A DNA stretch of 64,000 bases from Occultella glacieicola (GTDB taxonomy: Bacteria > Actinomycetota > Actinomycetes > Actinomycetales > Beutenbergiaceae). The first letter of the stretch is position 1. Every line of letters begins with the position of its first letter. A program made the translations under genes and the position numbers. The stretch is taken from NCBI RefSeq assembly GCF_004353825.1, contig NZ_SMNA01000010.1:124001-188000 (forward strand), given 5' to 3'. The notes below the pieces were generated by a model. The model saw only the letters and a program-made list of their open reading frames with translations. It was not told where the DNA came from and ran no database searches. Shown piece by piece: positions 59,094 through 64,000 of this stretch.

Positions 59094-59173
59094 GCCTCCA
59101 TCCACCAAGGAACCGGGCGCTGTCCTTCACGCCTCGGGCGGTTTCGTGAACGGATGCGTGCGAGGCTCGGTAC

Positions 59174-60169
59174 GTGTACGACCAACCGTTCGTCGGCGAG
59201 CCCTCTACCGACCCGGCTCTGCTGAGGACCCTGGCGGCCGCGGGCCTGCCAGGAACCGGACGCTTCCTTCGCAAGGCCGGCTGGGTCAGCCGCGTGTGGG
59301 TCGGCGACGAACACGTCGTGCGACTGAACAACGACGAGCGGTTCCGCGACGCGTATCGCCACGAGGCAGGCGTTGTCGACCTGCTCGCCGGCAGCGAGGT
59401 TCCACACGCCCGGATCCTCGCCCACGGCGACGGCCCGGACGGGCCGTGGTACGTCTCCGAACGCCTGCCCGGCCGGACCCTGTACGACGCATGGCCGGCG
59501 GCGGACTCGCGCACGCGTCAGGCGATGATCGAGAGCCTCGGCTCTGCGTTGCGCGCCCTTCACCGCGTCCCCGTGCCGGCCGACCTGCTGCCGCCCTGGC
59601 TGACCGACGCCCTCTCCGGCAAGCCGTGGCCGGCGTTCCACCCACCCGTCGTGGGTGCCGCGGTCCAGCAGGTCGAGGCGGCCAGGCGACTGCCCGGTCA
59701 GGACGCGCGCCTGCTCGCGGACGTCGCGGACTGGATCCAGGAGCGGCTGGCGTTGTTCGTCGCCGACGAACCCGTCCTCGTCCACGGTGATCTCCATGGA
59801 TCCAACGTGATGGTCGACCAAGGGCGCGTCACCGGTCTGATCGACTTCGCGGAGGCGCTGGCTCAGCCGGCGGATGTCGAGCTCGACACGATCCTGCGCT
59901 GGTGCGCGAAGGCCCGGGAGTACCCACCCACCCCCGACGAACAGGGGCTCGACGAGACCACCCTCACAGACGTCCCCGGGTGGTTGCACGGCGCGTATCC
60001 GGAGCTGTTCGCGCGCGAGCACCTGCGCGAGCGGTTGAACTTCTATGACATGTACGGGGAGCTCGCGCTCTACGCACACCACCCCCAGCCCGACGTTCGG
60101 GAGGCGGCGAAGGACCGCATCGCTCGCCTGCTCGCCGGCCGCAACCATCTGGATGGACTCGTCTGGTAG
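59174..60169 (+). CDS. Aminoglycoside phosphotransferase (APH) family protein
   Basis: Intact LVHGDLHGSNV and LIDF. Confidence 0.88.
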   Translation: MYDQPFVGEPSTDPALLRTLAAAGLPGTGRFLRKAGWVSRVWVGDEHVVRLNNDERFRDAYRHEAGVVDLLAGSEVPHARILAHGDGPDGPWYVSERLPGRTLYDAWPAADSRTRQAMIESLGSALRALHRVPVPADLLPPWLTDALSGKPWPAFHPPVVGAAVQQVEAARRLPGQDARLLADVADWIQERLALFVADEPVLVHGDLHGSNVMVDQGRVTGLIDFAEALAQPADVELDTILRWCAKAREYPPTPDEQGLDETTLTDVPGWLHGAYPELFAREHLRERLNFYDMYGELALYAHHPQPDVREAAKDRIARLLAGRNHLDGLVW

Positions 60170-60306
60170 GCGCGGCCACACGGGATCTGACCTGCGCCCG
60201 AGTCCGGGCTCGCACTCCCGCGCACTCCCCGGTGGCCGACGTCCGCCGTTGCCGCCACAGTGGCATCCGTAGGGCAAGGACCCTCGAGGCGATGCGGAGG
60301 TGCGTG

Positions 60307-61299
60307 ATGGCGCGATCGATCTGGACCGGTGCGTTGGCGTTCGGGTTGGTGAACGTGCCCGTGGGCCTGTACTCGGCCACCGAGGACAAGACGATCCACT
60401 TCCGCCAGTTCGCGAAGGGCACCTCCTCACGGATCCGGTACAAGCGGGTCAACGAGGACACCGGCCGGGAGGTCGACTACGAGGACGTCGTCAAGGGCTA
60501 CGAGCTGGACAACGGGGAGTACGTGCTCCTCGACCCGGACGAGCTCGACGAGATCGCACCCGGCCGCTCGCGCACGATCGACATCACCGACTTCGTCGAC
60601 GCCGAGGACATCGACCCCATCCACTACCAGAAGACCTACTACCTGGCGCCGGCGAACGAGAGCGCCGAGCGCGCCTACCGGCTGCTCACCGCCGCCATGG
60701 AGAAGACCGACCGGATCGCCGTCGCGAACTTCGTGATGCGCTCCAAGCAGTACCTGGCCGCCGTGCGCCCGCACAACGGGGTCCTGACGCTGGAGACGAT
60801 GTTCTTCGCCGACGAGATCCGCGACCCCAAGTCCGAGCTGCCGCGGGTGCCGGCGGCGCGCAAGCCCGGCGACAAGGACCTGAAGATGGCGACGTCCCTG
60901 ATCGAGTCCATGACCTCGGAGTGGGATCCCGCGAACTACGTCGACACCTACCGCGAGAAGGTCCTCGACCTGGTGCAGGCGAAGGCCAAGGGCGAGGGCG
61001 TCGTCACCCCGAGCGACGCCGAGGAGGACGAGGGTGGTGGCGTCATCGATCTGATGGAGGCGCTGCGCAAGTCGGTCGAAGCATCCCGTCAGCACAAGGC
61101 CGGCAACCGCCATCAGGCCGGTGGGCTCGAACGCAAGACCAAGGAGTCGGGCGACGCACCGGACGTGGCGGCGAAGTCGAAGAAGGAGCTGTACGACCTG
61201 GCGAAGGACTACGACATCGACGGCCGCTCGCAGATGACCAAGGAGGAACTCGCTGACGCGATCACCCAGGCGGCCAAGACCCAGAAGAAGGCCTCATGA
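60307..61299 (+). CDS. ku: NHEJ protein Ku with C-terminal Rho_N-like extension
   Basis: MARSIWTGALAFGLVNVPV, VKGYE, YYLAP, VIDLMEALRKS; tail KKELYDLAKDYDIDGRSQMTKEEL. Confidence 0.95.
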   Translation: MARSIWTGALAFGLVNVPVGLYSATEDKTIHFRQFAKGTSSRIRYKRVNEDTGREVDYEDVVKGYELDNGEYVLLDPDELDEIAPGRSRTIDITDFVDAEDIDPIHYQKTYYLAPANESAERAYRLLTAAMEKTDRIAVANFVMRSKQYLAAVRPHNGVLTLETMFFADEIRDPKSELPRVPAARKPGDKDLKMATSLIESMTSEWDPANYVDTYREKVLDLVQAKAKGEGVVTPSDAEEDEGGGVIDLMEALRKSVEASRQHKAGNRHQAGGLERKTKESGDAPDVAAKSKKELYDLAKDYDIDGRSQMTKEELADAITQAAKTQKKAS

Positions 61300-61511
61300 C
61301 CAGCCCCACCTCCGCCGTCACCACGGCTGCCGTGCCGTGTTGCGGTTCGGCGCACCTGCGCCACTGCCACGGCACCTGGATCGTGCACGCCGACGAGACC
61401 CAGTCCTGTTCCGATCCCGGGTGCGGCACACCCGGTGAGGCCCACGCGCTCATCATGGTCTGCGCCGACCTGGAGCCAGGATGCCGATGCCTGCCAGCGG
61501 CCGAGGCGTAG
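61296..61511 (+). CDS. Small Cys/His-rich putative metal-binding protein
   Basis: CCGSAHLRHCHGTWIVH...CSDPGC...H...C...GCRC; ATGA overlap with ku. Confidence 0.7.
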   Translation: MTSPTSAVTTAAVPCCGSAHLRHCHGTWIVHADETQSCSDPGCGTPGEAHALIMVCADLEPGCRCLPAAEA

Positions 61512-61654
61512 TCCCGGATGTCCCGACCGCCGGGTGCCTCGAACGCTCGGCGCGCGCACCAGCCGCGTTGCTGGCAGCCTCGGTTCAGAGCCGGGCGGCC
61601 CGCCGAGGCACCTCCCAGGTGCCGGCCGCCGGCAGGTGAGGGAGGTCGCTGGCG

Positions 61655-61897
61655 ATGCCACGCGGAGACGTCGAGACGTTCCATGAGGACGGGCAGTGGA
61701 AGAACCGCCGCGAAGGAACCGAGCAGGCGTTCAGCATGCACGAGGACAGGGACGAAGCGATCGCGGTCGGGCGCGAGGAGGCACGCACCGGGGGCGTGGA
61801 CCACGTCATCAGGAACGACGACGGCACGGTCGGCGAACGGTCGAGCTACGGACCCGATCCGCGCGATGCCCAGGGTCCCCGCGACATCCACGGCTGA
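61655..61897 (+). CDS. DUF2188 domain-containing protein
   Basis: GGAGG RBS; EAIAVGREEAR, HVIRNDDG, SYGPDPRD. Confidence 0.85.
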   Translation: MPRGDVETFHEDGQWKNRREGTEQAFSMHEDRDEAIAVGREEARTGGVDHVIRNDDGTVGERSSYGPDPRDAQGPRDIHG

Positions 61898-61991
61898 TCC
61901 CGGTCTCGGTGTCCGCGCCGTCAGACGTTCGGGTCAGCGGATGCGGTGACTCCCGGGTGCCTGCCGTCGGTCGCTTCCGCGGAAGCGCCCC

Positions 61992-62852
61992 TCACTCCCA
62001 GTACGCGTGCTCCCGCGCCGGGAACGTCCCGGCCCGAACCTCGGTGGCGTAGTCGGCCGCGGCCCGCTCGAGCTCGGCCCCGATCTGCGCGAACTGCTTC
62101 GCGAACCGTGGCGCCCAGCCGCCCATGCCGGCCATGTCCAGCCAGACCAGCACCTGCCCGTCGCAGGAGGGACCGGCGCCGATCCCGATGGTCGGGATCG
62201 CAAGGATCTCGGTGGCCCGGGCCGCGACCGGCGCGGGCACCATCTCGAGCACGATCGCGAACGCACCGGCCTCCTGCAGCGCGAGGGCGTCCTCGCAGAG
62301 CAGTTCGGCGGCGTCCTCGCCGCGGCCCTGGACGCGTTTGCCGCCGAGGACGTTCTCCGACTGCGGGGTGAACCCGAGGTGCCCCATCACCGGGATGCCG
62401 GCGGAGGTGAGCAGCCGCACGTGCTCGGCCACCCGGGCGCCGCCCTCGAACTTCACGGCCTGCGCCCCGGTCTCCTTCATCATCCGGACCGCGGAGGCGT
62501 GGGCCTGCGCGGGGCTGGCCTCGTAGGACCCGAACGGCAGGTCCGCCACCACCATGGCGCGCTTGGTGGCCCGGGTCACCGCGCGGGCCGCGGGGATCAG
62601 CTCGTCCATCGTCACCGGGATCGTGTTGGCGTGGCCGAGCATGTTGTCGCCCATCGAGTCCCCGACGAGCAACATGTCGATGCCGGCGGCGTCGAAGATC
62701 CGCGCGGTCGCCGCGTCGTAGGCGGTCAGCATGGTCAGCCGTTCACCGGCTTCCTTCGCGGCCTGCACGTGCTGCACGCGCACCCGCCTGGGCTTGTCCC
62801 CTCCCACCGGGGGTAGTGCGGACTTCGGCGAGGCAGGGGTCTCCTGTGACAT
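61992..62852 (-). CDS. panB: 3-methyl-2-oxobutanoate hydroxymethyltransferase
   Basis: MLTAYD, LLVGDS, ADLPFGSY, GHLGFTPQS, IGIGAG, DGQVLV. Confidence 0.97.
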   Translation of the reverse strand: MSQETPASPKSALPPVGGDKPRRVRVQHVQAAKEAGERLTMLTAYDAATARIFDAAGIDMLLVGDSMGDNMLGHANTIPVTMDELIPAARAVTRATKRAMVVADLPFGSYEASPAQAHASAVRMMKETGAQAVKFEGGARVAEHVRLLTSAGIPVMGHLGFTPQSENVLGGKRVQGRGEDAAELLCEDALALQEAGAFAIVLEMVPAPVAARATEILAIPTIGIGAGPSCDGQVLVWLDMAGMGGWAPRFAKQFAQIGAELERAAADYATEVRAGTFPAREHAYWE

Positions 62853-62862
62853 GCAGTCAAGC

Positions 62863-63999
62863 CTAGTCCGGCTCGGACTCGGAGAATGCGTTCGTGATCG
62901 GCAGCCGCCGGTCGCGCCCGAACGCCATCGCGGTCACCTTCGGCCCGATCGGGTACTGGCGCCGCTTCCACTCGGCCCGGTCCACGAGCCGCACCACCGT
63001 CTCGACCGTCTCCTCGTCGAACCCGGACGCGAGCAGGTCCTCGCGCCCGAGCGCGTTCTCCACGTAGGCGTCGAGCACGTTGTCCAGCAGCTCGTAGTCC
63101 GGCAGCGACTGGTCGTCGCGCTGCCCGGGTCGCAGCTCGGCCGACGGCGGCTTCGTGATCGAGTTCTCCGGGATCGGCTCCACCTCGCCGCGGTCCAGGG
63201 CCCTGGCGTTCCGGAACCGGGCCAGCTCCCACACCCGCGTCTTGGACACGTCCTTCAGCGGCGCATACCCCCCGACGGCGTCCCCGTAGATCGTGGAGTA
63301 GCCCACCGCGAGCTCGCTCTTGTTGCCGGTCGCGAGTACCAGGTGCCCCTCGGCGTTGGACAGCGCCATCAGGATCACTCCACGCATCCGTGCCTGCAGG
63401 TTCTCCTCGGCCGTCCCCGAAAGATCCAGCTCGCCCTGGAACGCGGACACCATCGGCGCGATCTCCTGCACGCGGTAGTCCAGCCCGATGCGTTCCGCCG
63501 TATCGAGAGCGTCCGACCGGGAGTGGGAGGACGAGTAGACCGACGGCATCGACACCCCGACCACGTTCGCCGGCCCGACGGCGTCCGCCGCGATCGCGGC
63601 CACCAGCGCCGAGTCGATCCCACCGGAGAGCCCCAGCACCACCGAGCGGAACCCGTTCTTGGAAGCGTAGTCCCGCAGTCCGAGCACCACCGCGTCATAC
63701 ATCTGCTCGGTGTCGTCGGCCCGCCGCGCGAACGAGGAGTCCCGGACCGCCGTCTGCCCCGGGGCAGACACGTCGAGCACCGCCAGGTGCTCGACGAACG
63801 TCGGCGAGGACGCGAGCAACTCGCCGTCGACATCCACAACGAACGATCCGCCGTCGAACACCAGATCGTCCTGACCCCCGATCAGGTTCACGTACGCGAC
63901 CGGGGCGCCCACCTCCCGGGCCCGTTGCGCCGCCAGGCGCACCCGCAGCGGCGCCTTGCCGCGCTCGTAGGGGGAGCCGTTGATGACCAGGAGCAGGTC
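62863..63999 (-). CDS. nadE: Glutamine-dependent NAD+ synthetase, 5' end outside window
   Basis: NGSPY, GGQDDLVFDG, LSGGIDS, ENLQAR, TGNKSE, PPSAELRP. Confidence 0.96.
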   Translation of the reverse strand, partial: DLLLVINGSPYERGKAPLRVRLAAQRAREVGAPVAYVNLIGGQDDLVFDGGSFVVDVDGELLASSPTFVEHLAVLDVSAPGQTAVRDSSFARRADDTEQMYDAVVLGLRDYASKNGFRSVVLGLSGGIDSALVAAIAADAVGPANVVGVSMPSVYSSSHSRSDALDTAERIGLDYRVQEIAPMVSAFQGELDLSGTAEENLQARMRGVILMALSNAEGHLVLATGNKSELAVGYSTIYGDAVGGYAPLKDVSKTRVWELARFRNARALDRGEVEPIPENSITKPPSAELRPGQRDDQSLPDYELLDNVLDAYVENALGREDLLASGFDEETVETVVRLVDRAEWKRRQYPIGPKVTAMAFGRDRRLPITNAFSESEPD

Positions 64000-64000
64000 G

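Overview
High-GC actinobacterial chromosome segment (Micrococcales-like, inferred from gene content and TANNNT leaderless promoters). The core scaffold is aceE, DUF3052, an AhpE-type peroxiredoxin, tRNA-Val(TAC), class I lysS, the Nif3/zinc-ribbon/histidine-phosphatase locus, yaaA, rnpB, ppgK, panB and partial nadE. Small accessory cassettes and gene remnants are interspersed. No integrase, transposase, prophage, rRNA or CRISPR array was seen. Best leads: (1) a ~130-nt pseudoknot-capable 5' leader before a protein that fuses a small helical N-terminal domain to a catalytically degenerate APH-like kinase; (2) a four-gene cassette of tandem-YbaB, WXG100-like, WxG plus hydrophobic-hairpin and 4-TM proteins resembling an orphan type VII effector/immunity module; (3) a blasticidin-S-deaminase-like cytidine deaminase fused to an ASCH domain; (4) a probable cycloalternan uptake/catabolism operon; (5) a cysteine-free zinc-ribbon protein; (6) a candidate RNA element at +1 of nhaA. 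All calls come from motif recognition by eye; no database search was run. Start codons were re-picked from RBS and -10 context.
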